The notes beneath the pieces are model-generated. The model saw only the letters and a program-made list of their open reading frames with translations. It did no database searches and was not told the DNA's origin. Source: a candidate division WOR-3 bacterium (lineage in GTDB: Bacteria > Hydrothermota > Tepidihabitantia > Tepidihabitantales > Tepidihabitantaceae). From it: 64,000 bases of DNA. Positions within the stretch are counted from its first letter, which is position 1; every line of letters starts with the position of its first letter. Made by a program: the position numbers and the translations under genes. Below are positions 1 through 8,862 of the stretch, piece by piece. Location of the stretch: assembly GCA_965649225.1 (NCBI GenBank), contig CBFGJX010000002.1:18625-82624 (forward strand). The letters run 5' to 3'.

Positions 1-821
1 TCGGCGACCCGCTGGGCATTTGCGCAGTGACGTTGCATTCGCAGGGCGAGCGTCTTGAGCCCCCGGTGAACCAGAAAGGCCTCGAAGGGAGCGAGCGTGC
101 AGCCAAGGTGGTTGAGTGTCTGACGGAGTTGCCGGTAAGTACCCGGGTCGCGGACGACAATCGCCCCGGCGACGACGTCAGCATGACCATTGAGGAACTT
201 GGTCATCGAGTGGACAACGTAGTCGGCTCCCAGGGCCAGCGGACGCTGGAGCGCAGGACTCATGAATGTGTTGTCGACGGCGAAAGCAATCCTTTTGTTC
301 CGGCAGATTTCTGCGATTGCCGCTATGTCGGTGACGGCGAGGGTGGGGTTTCCCGGCGTCTCGACAAAGACCAGTCTGGTCCGCCGGTTGATTGCTCTGC
401 GTACCGCCAGAGGGTTTGAGGTGTCGACCATGGTTGAGCTGATGCCCAGCCGTTTGAGCACGGTTGAAAAAAGGGTGGCAGTTGCACCATAGACGGACTC
501 GGAGCAGACGACGTGGCCGCCGGCGTCAACAAGTGCGGCGATAAGCGTGCTGATTGCCGCCATGCCCGACGAGCATGCCAGTGCGCTGGTGCCGCCTTCG
601 AGTTCGGCGAGGGCGTCTTCCAGAGCAGCGACAGTTGGATTGCCGAGTCGAGTGTAAATGAAACCTTCCTCGGCGCCGGCAAACAATGCCGCGCCGTGGG
701 CAGCGTTGCGAAACCTGAAGGTGGATGTGGAGTAGATCGGGGTTACTACCGGCTCGCCACCGGCCTGCGGCGAGCCGGAGTGGACACAGCTGGTTTCAAG
801 GGAGTGCGTTGATTTGGCCAT
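1..821 (-). CDS. PLP-dependent Cys/Met metabolism enzyme (methionine gamma-lyase / cystathionine gamma-synthase family), 3' end outside window
   Basis: Not in the ORF track. Manual translation from ATG 821 (SD GGAGG upstream) gives MAKSTHSLETSCVH...YTRLGNPT...SSGMAAI...ETPGNPT...DNTF...HSMTKFLNGHADV (PLP lysine motif). Confidence 0.9.
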   Translation of the reverse strand, partial: MAKSTHSLETSCVHSGSPQAGGEPVVTPIYSTSTFRFRNAAHGAALFAGAEEGFIYTRLGNPTVAALEDALAELEGGTSALACSSGMAAISTLIAALVDAGGHVVCSESVYGATATLFSTVLKRLGISSTMVDTSNPLAVRRAINRRTRLVFVETPGNPTLAVTDIAAIAEICRNKRIAFAVDNTFMSPALQRPLALGADYVVHSMTKFLNGHADVVAGAIVVRDPGTYRQLRQTLNHLGCTLAPFEAFLVHRGLKTLALRMQRHCANAQRVA

Positions 822-964
822 TGCGTTTCCTCCACGTTGGTTCTGGTCGTGACGGACACGGCTGGCGTTGGTACAAACGGTCAAACCGTAGCGGGGAGCC
901 GATTGACGACGCTCTGACCAATCGACCGTCCGCCCGGCCGCGGGCAGAACATTCCAGCGGAAGA

Positions 965-1036
965 CTGGGGGACAGGGATTCGAACCCCGACTGGCTGATC
1001 CAGAGTCAGCTGTCCTGCCAGTTAGACGATCCCCCA
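965..1036 (-). tRNA. tRNA-Gln(CTG)
   Basis: Cloverleaf TGGGGGA...TCCCCCA, anticodon arm GCTGA-CTCTGGA-TCAGC, T-loop GGTTCGAATCC. CCA not encoded. Confidence 0.95.
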
Positions 1037-1130
1037 GTACAGTCTGGCTGTCAGCATATCCATCATTCAGCGCGAGTCAACACGGACGCAGTAACAGCAG
1101 AAGGTTGAGCAAAACAGGAGTCAGCGCCGG

Positions 1131-1158
1131 TTGACGACTGTTCGGCCAAAACTATATT
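1131..1158 (+). promoter_or_regulatory. sigma70-type promoter of the PTS operon
   Basis: TTGACG-N16-TATATT, 7 nt before GTG 1166. Confidence 0.7.
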
Positions 1159-1165
1159 GGACTGC

Positions 1166-1636
1166 GTGAGCAGGCTTCTGTTGCGAATTGACGATCGAAT
1201 GTTGCATGGACAGGTCCTTGCCGGATGGGTTCAGCCTTTGGGTATCAGACACGTTGTGATTGCCAACGATACTGTTGCGGAAGACAAGCTTCAGGTTGAG
1301 CTTTACCGTGCCGTGGTGCCGGCCGGGCTCAAGCTGGACGTGTTGCCGCTGAACAAAGCCACGGAACTGCGGACCGGTGGCGAGAAGACGATGATTCTGG
1401 TCAGTTCGCCGGCCGATGCGCGGCGACTGGTGGAGGCCGGGGTGACTCCCGATGTTGTCAACATTGGTGGACTCCACCAAAGCCCTGGTCGCACAGAGAT
1501 TTTTCCTTTTGTATGGGTTTCGGCAGACGACAGACGGGATATTCGTTTTCTGCTCGATGCCGGGTTAAGGGTTGAAGTGAGGATGCTGCCTGACGACCCG
1601 CTGCAAAGTCTGGCAAGACTTGTCGAGGGCAGTTGA
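1166..1636 (+). CDS. PTS mannose/fructose/sorbose family IIB component
   Basis: RIDDRMLHGQV phospho-His motif and VNIGG motif. Start moved to GTG 1166 because TTG 1157 lies inside the -10 box. Confidence 0.9.
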   Translation: MSRLLLRIDDRMLHGQVLAGWVQPLGIRHVVIANDTVAEDKLQVELYRAVVPAGLKLDVLPLNKATELRTGGEKTMILVSSPADARRLVEAGVTPDVVNIGGLHQSPGRTEIFPFVWVSADDRRDIRFLLDAGLRVEVRMLPDDPLQSLARLVEGS

Positions 1637-2325
1637 TGATTCAGGAGTTTGCGGTTGCGGTTCTTTTGGCGGCGGTCATTTTGCTGGATAAGTGGACGGT
1701 TGGAGAGTTTGGTATCTCCCAGCCGATAGTGGCATGCCCGGTACTGGGCTGGGCATTTGGCTCCTGGACCGCCGGGCTGCAGCTTGGTCTTGCCCTGCAA
1801 CTGGGGTGGCTGGCGGCGCTGCCGCTCGGCAGCAGCCGGCAGATAGATTACCAGTCGGCGGGCGTTGCCGCCGTTCTTGGCTACCGGGTCTTCAGCCGCC
1901 TGCTGCCGGCCGCTGGCGAAGGTCAGCTGCTGCTCGGGGCAATTCTTCTTGGCACCGTGTGTGGTTTGATTGGCGAGTTTCTCGACTTCTGGCACAAGCG
2001 GCTGAATGGCCGTTTGTTTCTGGCCGGTGTTGCCGCCAGGTCAATGGCGGCCGCGTTTGGCTGGCACTTCGCAGGGCTGGGCACTGGATTGCTGCGGGGA
2101 GCGATGGCTGCGGTCTTGTACATCGGTCTGGCACTGCTGGTGAAACCGCTGGTGTCGCTGCTGCCGGCTGTGCAGCCGGCAAAAGTGGTTGCCGCGGCGT
2201 TGATGGTGGGAGCGGCGGCCGCGGCGCGGCTGCTCGTTGACCGGGCGCGGGTTGGCTGGTTTGCCTGCGGCGGTGCAGCAGGGGCGGCGCTCTGGCTGCT
2301 GCTGGCAGGCAGAGGCGGTGGATGA
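1633..2325 (+). CDS. PTS mannose-family IIC component
   Basis: Hydrophobic protein with ISQPIVACPVLG motif. Overlaps the IIB stop. Confidence 0.85.
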   Translation: MMIQEFAVAVLLAAVILLDKWTVGEFGISQPIVACPVLGWAFGSWTAGLQLGLALQLGWLAALPLGSSRQIDYQSAGVAAVLGYRVFSRLLPAAGEGQLLLGAILLGTVCGLIGEFLDFWHKRLNGRLFLAGVAARSMAAAFGWHFAGLGTGLLRGAMAAVLYIGLALLVKPLVSLLPAVQPAKVVAAALMVGAAAAARLLVDRARVGWFACGGAAGAALWLLLAGRGGG

Positions 2326-2996
2326 TGATGGCACTGCTGGGATGGCTGCTGCTGCTGTTCGTCCAGACTTCCTGGTCTTATGCCGGTTCGCAGGGACTCG
2401 GGCTGCTCGCCGTTCTGATTGCTCTGGCAAAAAACAGCGAATTGCGGCGCAGAATCTGGGACAAGTATCGGTCACCGGCAAATACCAATCCGTATCTTGC
2501 CGGTGTGATTGCCGGGGCGATTCTTCATCACGAAAGCGACCAGAGCAGCGACCCGGCTCAGTTCCGTGGGCCGGCCGAGGCGGCTCTGGCGGCGACTGGT
2601 GACCTTTTCTTCTGGCGGACGCTGCGACCAGGGCTGTCAGTCGTGGCTGCCGCTGTCGGTACCGTCGCCACGGCGCTGGCGCCGGTCGTGTTTCTTTTGC
2701 CCTTTCTTGTGACCAGCCAGGTATTCCGGGTTTTCGGGCTGGTGCGCGGTCTTGCCAGGGGCAGGGCGGCTGCGCTTGAGATTGCGACGCTGTTGCGGGC
2801 TATGAATAACCGGGCCGCACCGTTTTTTGCCGGTTGCTGCGGGTTATTGCTTGTCAGGGTCGTTGGCCGTGGCCCAGTGCTGCCGTTGGTGGCGCTAGGA
2901 CTGACCGCTTACCTCTTGAGCGGTATCAAGTGGTTGGCAGTCTGGCTGCTGCCGCTTGGACTGCTGGGACTGGCATTCGCCGGGGTGCTGGCGTGA
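2322..2996 (+). CDS. PTS mannose-family IID component (divergent, short)
   Basis: QTSWSY..SQGLG, NTNPY and LAATGDLFFW..LRP motifs of IID. Confidence 0.85.
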   Translation: MMMALLGWLLLLFVQTSWSYAGSQGLGLLAVLIALAKNSELRRRIWDKYRSPANTNPYLAGVIAGAILHHESDQSSDPAQFRGPAEAALAATGDLFFWRTLRPGLSVVAAAVGTVATALAPVVFLLPFLVTSQVFRVFGLVRGLARGRAAALEIATLLRAMNNRAAPFFAGCCGLLLVRVVGRGPVLPLVALGLTAYLLSGIKWLAVWLLPLGLLGLAFAGVLA

Positions 2997-3259
2997 AGCG
3001 GGCGGTGGTGATTGTCGGCGGACCGGTCGGGTTGCATGCCCGGCCGGCGGCCGAGTTTGTGCGGATTGCTGAGCGATTCCGCTCTGATGTGCGTCTGACA
3101 AAGGAAGGCATCAAGGTCAACGCCAAGAGCATCCTCGCAATTCTGACACTTGCGGCCGAAGCGGGCAGTGAAGTGGTACTGGAGGTCAACGGCCCGGACG
3201 AGAACGAGGCATTCGAGCAACTTAAAAGAAAGCTGGAGAACTGTGAAACCCAAACGTGA
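2993..3259 (+). CDS. ptsH: Phosphocarrier protein HPr
   Basis: GLHARPA (His15) and NAKSIL (Ser46). GTG start overlaps the IID stop. Confidence 0.95.
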   Translation: MKRAVVIVGGPVGLHARPAAEFVRIAERFRSDVRLTKEGIKVNAKSILAILTLAAEAGSEVVLEVNGPDENEAFEQLKRKLENCETQT

Positions 3260-5033
3260 GCGCATCCTGCGGGGCATCCCTGTCTCGCCCGGTTTTGCAC
3301 AGGGACGGTTGCTGGTATATCGGCCCTATTCGCCCCGTTATGAAGAGGTTGTCCTTCCGCCTGAGGCCGTTCCGGCAGAGCAGGCCCGATTCCGGCAGGC
3401 AGTACGTGCGGCCCGGCGCGAGCTGACCCAGCTGGCCGAGCAGGTTAGTCGAGACATGGGCCGCGATTTTGCCGATTTCGTGCTTGTGCAGTCGGCAATT
3501 CTTGATGACCCCGAGGTTCTACGGCGGGCGGAAGAATACATCGCCAGCAAGCGCCGTAATGCCGAGTTTGCCTTTGTCGAGGTGTTGAAACAACTGATGG
3601 AGCCAATGGCCGGCTCGACACCTCTGTTCCGTGAGCGCATGCTGGACGTCGGTGATGTTACCAATCGCGTGCTGCGCAATCTGCTGGGAGATCAGGCACG
3701 CACACTGCTGGAAGTTGCTCGCGGCAGTGTCATTTTTGCCCATGACTTGCCGCCGTCGGACTCGGCACTGCTCGACCCCGAGCGGGTTGTCGGATTGGTT
3801 CTTGAAATCGGTGGCAAGACTTCGCACACGGCGATTATGGCCAAGGCAAAAGGCATTCCGGCAGTCGCCGGGATTCAAAACGCTGTCGGGGCTGGCACTG
3901 ATGGTGAGGACGTCTTCGTTGATGGTTTTCGGGGAATTGCGGTGGTTACCCCGTCCCGCAACCGCCTGCGGGCTTACGAAGTTGAGGTCCGACGGCGGCG
4001 ACGTCACCTCCAGTCGCTTTCGCGGCTGGCGGATGCCCCGCCGGTTACGCTCAACAAGAAGACAATCGACCTTTCCGCGAACATCGAGTTTCTGGCTGAG
4101 GCCAAGGCAGCTCGTGCCAACGGCGCGATGGGAGTCGGCCTCTTTCGTACCGAATATATGTATCTGGCCCGGCGGCGACCGCCGACAGAGGAGGAACAGT
4201 ATCAGGTTTATGCCGAGGTGGCCCGGCTTTTCGACCCACACCCGGTAATCGTCCGGACCTTCGACCTCGGCGGCGACAAAGTCCTGCCGGGCTATTCGGA
4301 ACACAACCCTTTTCTTGGTTACCGTGCCATTCGGCTTTCCCTCGACAACCTGCCGGTGTTCCGGGCACAGCTCCGAGCCGCACTGCGCGCGTCAGTTCAC
4401 GGCAACGTCAAGGTCATGTTTCCAATGATTGCCACTGTCGAGGAATTGCGCCGGGCGAAACTGGAGGTGGAGCGAGCGAAGGAATCCCTGCGTGCCGATG
4501 GTCACCGATTCAATGACGATTTCGAGGTAGGGGTGATGGTCGAAATACCCTCGGCGGCTCTGATCGCGGACCGGCTGGCACGGGAATGTTCGTTTCTCTC
4601 GATCGGTTCGAATGACCTGACCCAGTACACCTTGGCGGTCGACCGCGGCAACGAACGGGTTGCGCGGCTGTTTGATCCGTTCCATCCGGCGGTGCTGGCT
4701 CTGATGAAGCAGACGATCGACGCAGCACACCGCCAGGGAATCTGGTCCGGAATCTGCGGCGAGCTTGGTGCTGACCCACTGGGCATCTTTGTGTTGTTGG
4801 GAATGGGCATCGATGAGATATCGGCTGCCGCCGGGTTCATACCGGAGGCAAAAAACATCATCATGGCAATCGACACCGACGAGGCGGCAGAGGTTGTGGA
4901 ACTGGCGATGAAGAACGCCGGTACCGCACTGGAAGTCGAGAGGATCATTCAGCGTGAGATTGGGCGGCGTTTTCCGGAACTGGCAAAGCTTATCGCAATA
5001 GCAGGAGGAGTCGGTGCAAAACACCGTCGCTGA
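3243..5033 (+). CDS. ptsI: PEP-protein phosphotransferase (PTS enzyme I)
   Basis: GGKTSHTAI phospho-His, GLFRTE, RTFDLGGDK, NPFLGYRAIR, SIGSNDLTQY, GICGE. Confidence 0.97.
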   Translation: MKPKRERILRGIPVSPGFAQGRLLVYRPYSPRYEEVVLPPEAVPAEQARFRQAVRAARRELTQLAEQVSRDMGRDFADFVLVQSAILDDPEVLRRAEEYIASKRRNAEFAFVEVLKQLMEPMAGSTPLFRERMLDVGDVTNRVLRNLLGDQARTLLEVARGSVIFAHDLPPSDSALLDPERVVGLVLEIGGKTSHTAIMAKAKGIPAVAGIQNAVGAGTDGEDVFVDGFRGIAVVTPSRNRLRAYEVEVRRRRRHLQSLSRLADAPPVTLNKKTIDLSANIEFLAEAKAARANGAMGVGLFRTEYMYLARRRPPTEEEQYQVYAEVARLFDPHPVIVRTFDLGGDKVLPGYSEHNPFLGYRAIRLSLDNLPVFRAQLRAALRASVHGNVKVMFPMIATVEELRRAKLEVERAKESLRADGHRFNDDFEVGVMVEIPSAALIADRLARECSFLSIGSNDLTQYTLAVDRGNERVARLFDPFHPAVLALMKQTIDAAHRQGIWSGICGELGADPLGIFVLLGMGIDEISAAAGFIPEAKNIIMAIDTDEAAEVVELAMKNAGTALEVERIIQREIGRRFPELAKLIAIAGGVGAKHRR

Positions 5034-6030
5034 TTCGAAACTGATGCGGCGCTGGACGCTTGCTCTGCCCGACCAGCTCGAACAGGGATTTGCGGCGGCA
5101 GCCGTCTTGCCCCGGCGCGCGGTCAAGTGTGCCAGTGTTGTAGTGTGCGGTATGGGCGGCTCCGGGATAAGTGGTGCTCTTGCCGCATCGCTGCTTTGGG
5201 ACCGGCTGGGAATACCGATAGTTGCTTGGCACGACTATGACCTGCCTGCCTGGGTGGTTGAGAGCAGTCTTGTGATCGGAATCAGCTATTCGGGTGGCAC
5301 CGAGGAGACGATTTCGGCGCTGAAGCAGGCTGACCGTCGTCGTTGCCGAGTTGTGGTGATTGCCGCCGGCGGTCCACTGGCGGAGGCAGCGGTCAAGAAG
5401 AACTGGTCGCTGTTGAGGGTACCGGCCGGCCCGCCGCCCCGGGCAGCACTGGGCTACCTGCTCGGTGCTTGTTTGGGTGTGTTCGACCGTACCGGACTTG
5501 CCCCGCGACTCGCCAGTGAGGTCAAGTCAGCGGTCGCGATACTCCACGCTCGCCGGCGGCAACTGGAGCGGCGGGCGGTTACGGTAGCACGCTTTCTGCA
5601 TCCGGCGTTGCCGGTAGTCTATTCGGCGTCTCGCTCACTGGATGCGGTTGCCGATCGCTGGCGTGCTCAGTTGAACGAGAATTCCAAGCTGCTGTGCCAT
5701 ACCAATCAGTTGCCCGAGCTCGATCACAACGAAATCGTCGGGCTGGGTGCGCCGCCGGCCGTCGCCGCGGCGCGAGTGGTTGTGCTGGTCGATTCCGAGA
5801 CTCATCCGAGAACTCTCAGACGGGTGCGCGAAACGCTGGACGTGGTCAAAAATGCTTGCGGCGGGTTTCGGGTTGTTAGCGCGACGGAGAGGCTGCGACT
5901 GGGACGCATGCTCGAACTGGTGATGGTTGGCGATCTGGCCAGCCTTAAGCTGGCGGCGATGCGTGGGGTAAATCCCAGATCGATCGACCGGATAGATGAA
6001 CTCAAGCGGCGGCTGGAGTCGGTACGATGA
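5014..6030 (+). CDS. Bifunctional phosphoglucose/phosphomannose isomerase (SIS fold)
   Basis: GMGGSG, SYSGGTEET, PRAALG, QLNENSK, PELDHNEIVG motifs. Confidence 0.88.
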   Translation: MQNTVADSKLMRRWTLALPDQLEQGFAAAAVLPRRAVKCASVVVCGMGGSGISGALAASLLWDRLGIPIVAWHDYDLPAWVVESSLVIGISYSGGTEETISALKQADRRRCRVVVIAAGGPLAEAAVKKNWSLLRVPAGPPPRAALGYLLGACLGVFDRTGLAPRLASEVKSAVAILHARRRQLERRAVTVARFLHPALPVVYSASRSLDAVADRWRAQLNENSKLLCHTNQLPELDHNEIVGLGAPPAVAAARVVVLVDSETHPRTLRRVRETLDVVKNACGGFRVVSATERLRLGRMLELVMVGDLASLKLAAMRGVNPRSIDRIDELKRRLESVR

Positions 6031-6076
6031 ATCGCCGGCCCCACTTCTGTCTGGCCGCGGCCGACACACCAGTCCG

Positions 6077-7198
6077 ATGATGACGTTTGTCCTTCTGCCG
6101 GCGCCAGCAGGCGGCCGCGCCCGCCGCGGCAGGCTGCTGCTGCCGCACGGCGAAGTTGACACCCCGTGTTTCATGCCCGTAGGGACCCAGGGAACGGTCA
6201 AGACACTCACGCCAGCCGAGGTCGTCGAGACCGGTGCCCAGATGATGGTCTGCAATACCTATCATCTGTACCTGCGGCCAGGACACCGGCGAATCCGACA
6301 GCTGGGTGGTTTGACTGCTTTCACCGGCTGGCACCGGCCGATACTGACCGACTCCGGAGGCTATCAGGTTTACTCGCTGGCCGCCTTGAGCCGAATCAGC
6401 GACGACGGCGTCGAGTTTCAGTCGCATGTTGATGGCAGCCGCCATACCTTTACGCCAGAACTGGTCGTCGAGATTCAGCAGGATCTCGGCTCCGATATCG
6501 CGATGTGTCTGGATCAGTGTCCGCCTTATCCGGTCGCGCGCGACCTGGCCGAGGAAGCAGTAATCAGGACGACCCGATGGGCCGAACGGTGTCGGACTGC
6601 CTGTCAGCCTGAGACGAATCTGTTTGGAATAGTGCAGGGTGCCACTTATCACGACCTGCGGCGCCGGAGTTGCCAGGAGCTTGTCGAACTGGACCTGGCC
6701 GGGTACGCTTTGGGCGGACTTTGTCTGGGAGAGCCCTCGAGCCTGACCTATGAAATCATTGAGGGTTGTACTGGTCTCCTGCCGGCGGATAAGCCGCGCT
6801 ACCTGATGGGAGCAGGCTATCCCGAGGACATCATCGCCGCAGTGGCCCGCGGCATCGACATGTTTGATTGTGTTCTGCCGACCCGTAATGGCCGCACCGG
6901 CGCGGCATTTACCAGTTGCGGGACAGTTGTTATCAAGCAAGCACGGTATGCCGAAGACCCAAATCCACTCGATCCGGCATGTGAGTGCTATACCTGCCGT
7001 AACTTCAATCGGGCATTCCTGCGCCACCTGTTCGTTGCCGGCGAGGCGCTGGGGCCGAAGCTGCTTACGTACCACAACGTCTGGTTCTACCAGCGGTTGA
7101 TGAAGGAAATCCGACAGGCAATCGAGCGAGGGGAGTTTGGCGTGTGGTCGGAACGGTTTCTGGACCGGTTTCGGTCAGGGTGTCCGGTTGGAGTTTGA
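6077..7198 (+). CDS. tgt: tRNA-guanine transglycosylase
   Basis: TPCFMPVGT, NTYHL, TDSGGYQ, GIVQG, DMFDCVLPTRNGR and the CxCxxC...H zinc site. Confidence 0.96.
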   Translation: MMTFVLLPAPAGGRARRGRLLLPHGEVDTPCFMPVGTQGTVKTLTPAEVVETGAQMMVCNTYHLYLRPGHRRIRQLGGLTAFTGWHRPILTDSGGYQVYSLAALSRISDDGVEFQSHVDGSRHTFTPELVVEIQQDLGSDIAMCLDQCPPYPVARDLAEEAVIRTTRWAERCRTACQPETNLFGIVQGATYHDLRRRSCQELVELDLAGYALGGLCLGEPSSLTYEIIEGCTGLLPADKPRYLMGAGYPEDIIAAVARGIDMFDCVLPTRNGRTGAAFTSCGTVVIKQARYAEDPNPLDPACECYTCRNFNRAFLRHLFVAGEALGPKLLTYHNVWFYQRLMKEIRQAIERGEFGVWSERFLDRFRSGCPVGV

Positions 7199-7237
7199 TT
7201 AGCCTGAGGCGTGATTGTGAACCACAAGGAGGCGAAC

Positions 7238-8362
7238 ATGACGAAGACTCTGAGAATGGTCTTTGTGCTGCTTCTGGCTTGCGGCGGCGAGTCGGGGATA
7301 AAAATCGGACTGATGGCTCCCCTGACCGGCAACGTCAAGACCTTTGGCGAGTCGACGAGAAACGGTGTCATGCTGGCGGTTGAAGAAGTCAATGCCAGGG
7401 GAGGAATCGCCGGCAAAAAGCTGCAGGTGGTGATCGTTGATGATAAGGCTGACCCGACCGAAGCCAGTAACGCTGGAGCCAAGCTGATTGATATGGACAA
7501 GGTTGTGGCAATCATCGGATCGGTTACCTCGAATTGTTCGGCGCCACTGTCTGATCGCGCGCAGTCGGCAGGCATACCGATGATCACGCCCACCTCGACA
7601 GCCACGAAGGTCACAGTGGGTGAGGACGGTCGGCGCAAGGACTATGTCTTTCGCGCCTGCTTCACCGATTCCTTTCAGGGTGCGGTCGCTGCCAGATTCG
7701 CACTGGAAAGCCTGCAGGCCAAAACCGCAGCGGTAATGTTTGACAACAGCAACGATTACTCACGCGGGCTGGCTGAACATTTCCGAAGCGCTTTCAGCCG
7801 CGCCGGAAAGGTTGTGGCCTTCATATCCTATGGCAAGGATGATCCCGACTATCTGCCGGCGCTGACCGCTGTCCGTCAGCAGGACCCGGACGTGCTCTTC
7901 CTGCCTGATTATTACAACAAGGTTGCTCTGATTGTCAGGCAGGCGCGACAACTGGGAATCAGACGCACCAAACTGCTGGGTGGTGACGGCTGGGATTCTC
8001 CCAGAATGCTGGAGAATGCCGGCGAGGACATCGTCGGCGGCTACTTCACCAATCACTACTCACCGGCTGACCCGCGACCTGAAGTGCAGGAATGGGTCGG
8101 CAAGTACGAGAAGCGTTATGGCGAGAAGCCCGATGCGCTGGCCACGCTCGGTTATGATGCAGCCTTGCTACTGATAAACGCACTGACGCAGGCGGGTGAG
8201 GTCAGGCCGGAAGCAATCCGCGATGCCCTGGCCGCGACAAGAGATTTTCCGTGCGTCTCCGGTCGCATAACCTTTGACCAGAACGGCAACCCGATAAAGA
8301 CCGTCAGCGTGCTTCAGTACACAGCCGACGGCCAGCGGTTCGTCTGTAACTTGCAGCCCTGA
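7238..8362 (+). CDS. Branched-chain amino acid ABC transporter substrate-binding lipoprotein (LivJ-like)
   Basis: Lipobox LLAC, IKIG..APLTG, FRACFTDSFQG, GGDGWDS. No permease genes adjacent. Confidence 0.9.
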   Translation: MTKTLRMVFVLLLACGGESGIKIGLMAPLTGNVKTFGESTRNGVMLAVEEVNARGGIAGKKLQVVIVDDKADPTEASNAGAKLIDMDKVVAIIGSVTSNCSAPLSDRAQSAGIPMITPTSTATKVTVGEDGRRKDYVFRACFTDSFQGAVAARFALESLQAKTAAVMFDNSNDYSRGLAEHFRSAFSRAGKVVAFISYGKDDPDYLPALTAVRQQDPDVLFLPDYYNKVALIVRQARQLGIRRTKLLGGDGWDSPRMLENAGEDIVGGYFTNHYSPADPRPEVQEWVGKYEKRYGEKPDALATLGYDAALLLINALTQAGEVRPEAIRDALAATRDFPCVSGRITFDQNGNPIKTVSVLQYTADGQRFVCNLQP

Positions 8363-8379
8363 GAGAACCCGGTGCCTGA

Positions 8380-8772
8380 CTATCGGCCGAGCCGCTCGCG
8401 TCGGGCGATCAGTTCGGCGGCGGTGCTGAGTATGACTTGGTTGTCGCCGGGCTTGACGATGAAGGCATCTGCGCCCTCGGCGATTGTCTGATGGCGTTCG
8501 GATTCCGACGAGCTGGAGGTGAATACGAGAATCGGCGGTGAAGACTTCGGGTCACGTTTGAATGATCTCAGAACTTTATGGCCGTCGATTCCCGGCATGC
8601 GGAGGTCGAGGATTACGAGGTCATAGTGGGCGGTTGGGTCCAGGCTGAAGACTTGCAGGGCATTTGCCGCTTCACTCACTCTGTAACCCGCATGTTCAAA
8701 CAGCTTCCTGAGCAAGAGGCGTATGCTCGCCTCATCGTCAATTATCAGTACGTGTTTCTTGCTGTCCTGCAT
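8380..8772 (-). CDS. Single-domain response regulator (CheY-like receiver)
   Basis: LIIDDE, DLRMPGIDG phospho-Asp, FIVKP. Confidence 0.92.
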   Translation of the reverse strand: MQDSKKHVLIIDDEASIRLLLRKLFEHAGYRVSEAANALQVFSLDPTAHYDLVILDLRMPGIDGHKVLRSFKRDPKSSPPILVFTSSSSESERHQTIAEGADAFIVKPGDNQVILSTAAELIARRERLGR

Positions 8773-8862
8773 CGTATCAGTCTAGGACGTGGATTCAGCC
8801 AGTCAAGTTAGTCCTGAAAGTCACGGGCGCCGGTTCTGGATCGTGCGCCGGAGGGAGCCTAG

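Noticed and set aside
822-964. Possible SAM riboswitch upstream of the Met gamma-lyase-like gene
   Set aside because: No SAM-I core (AUC...GAGGGA...GCAACC) or T-box motif. The region reads as a spacer downstream of tRNA-Gln.
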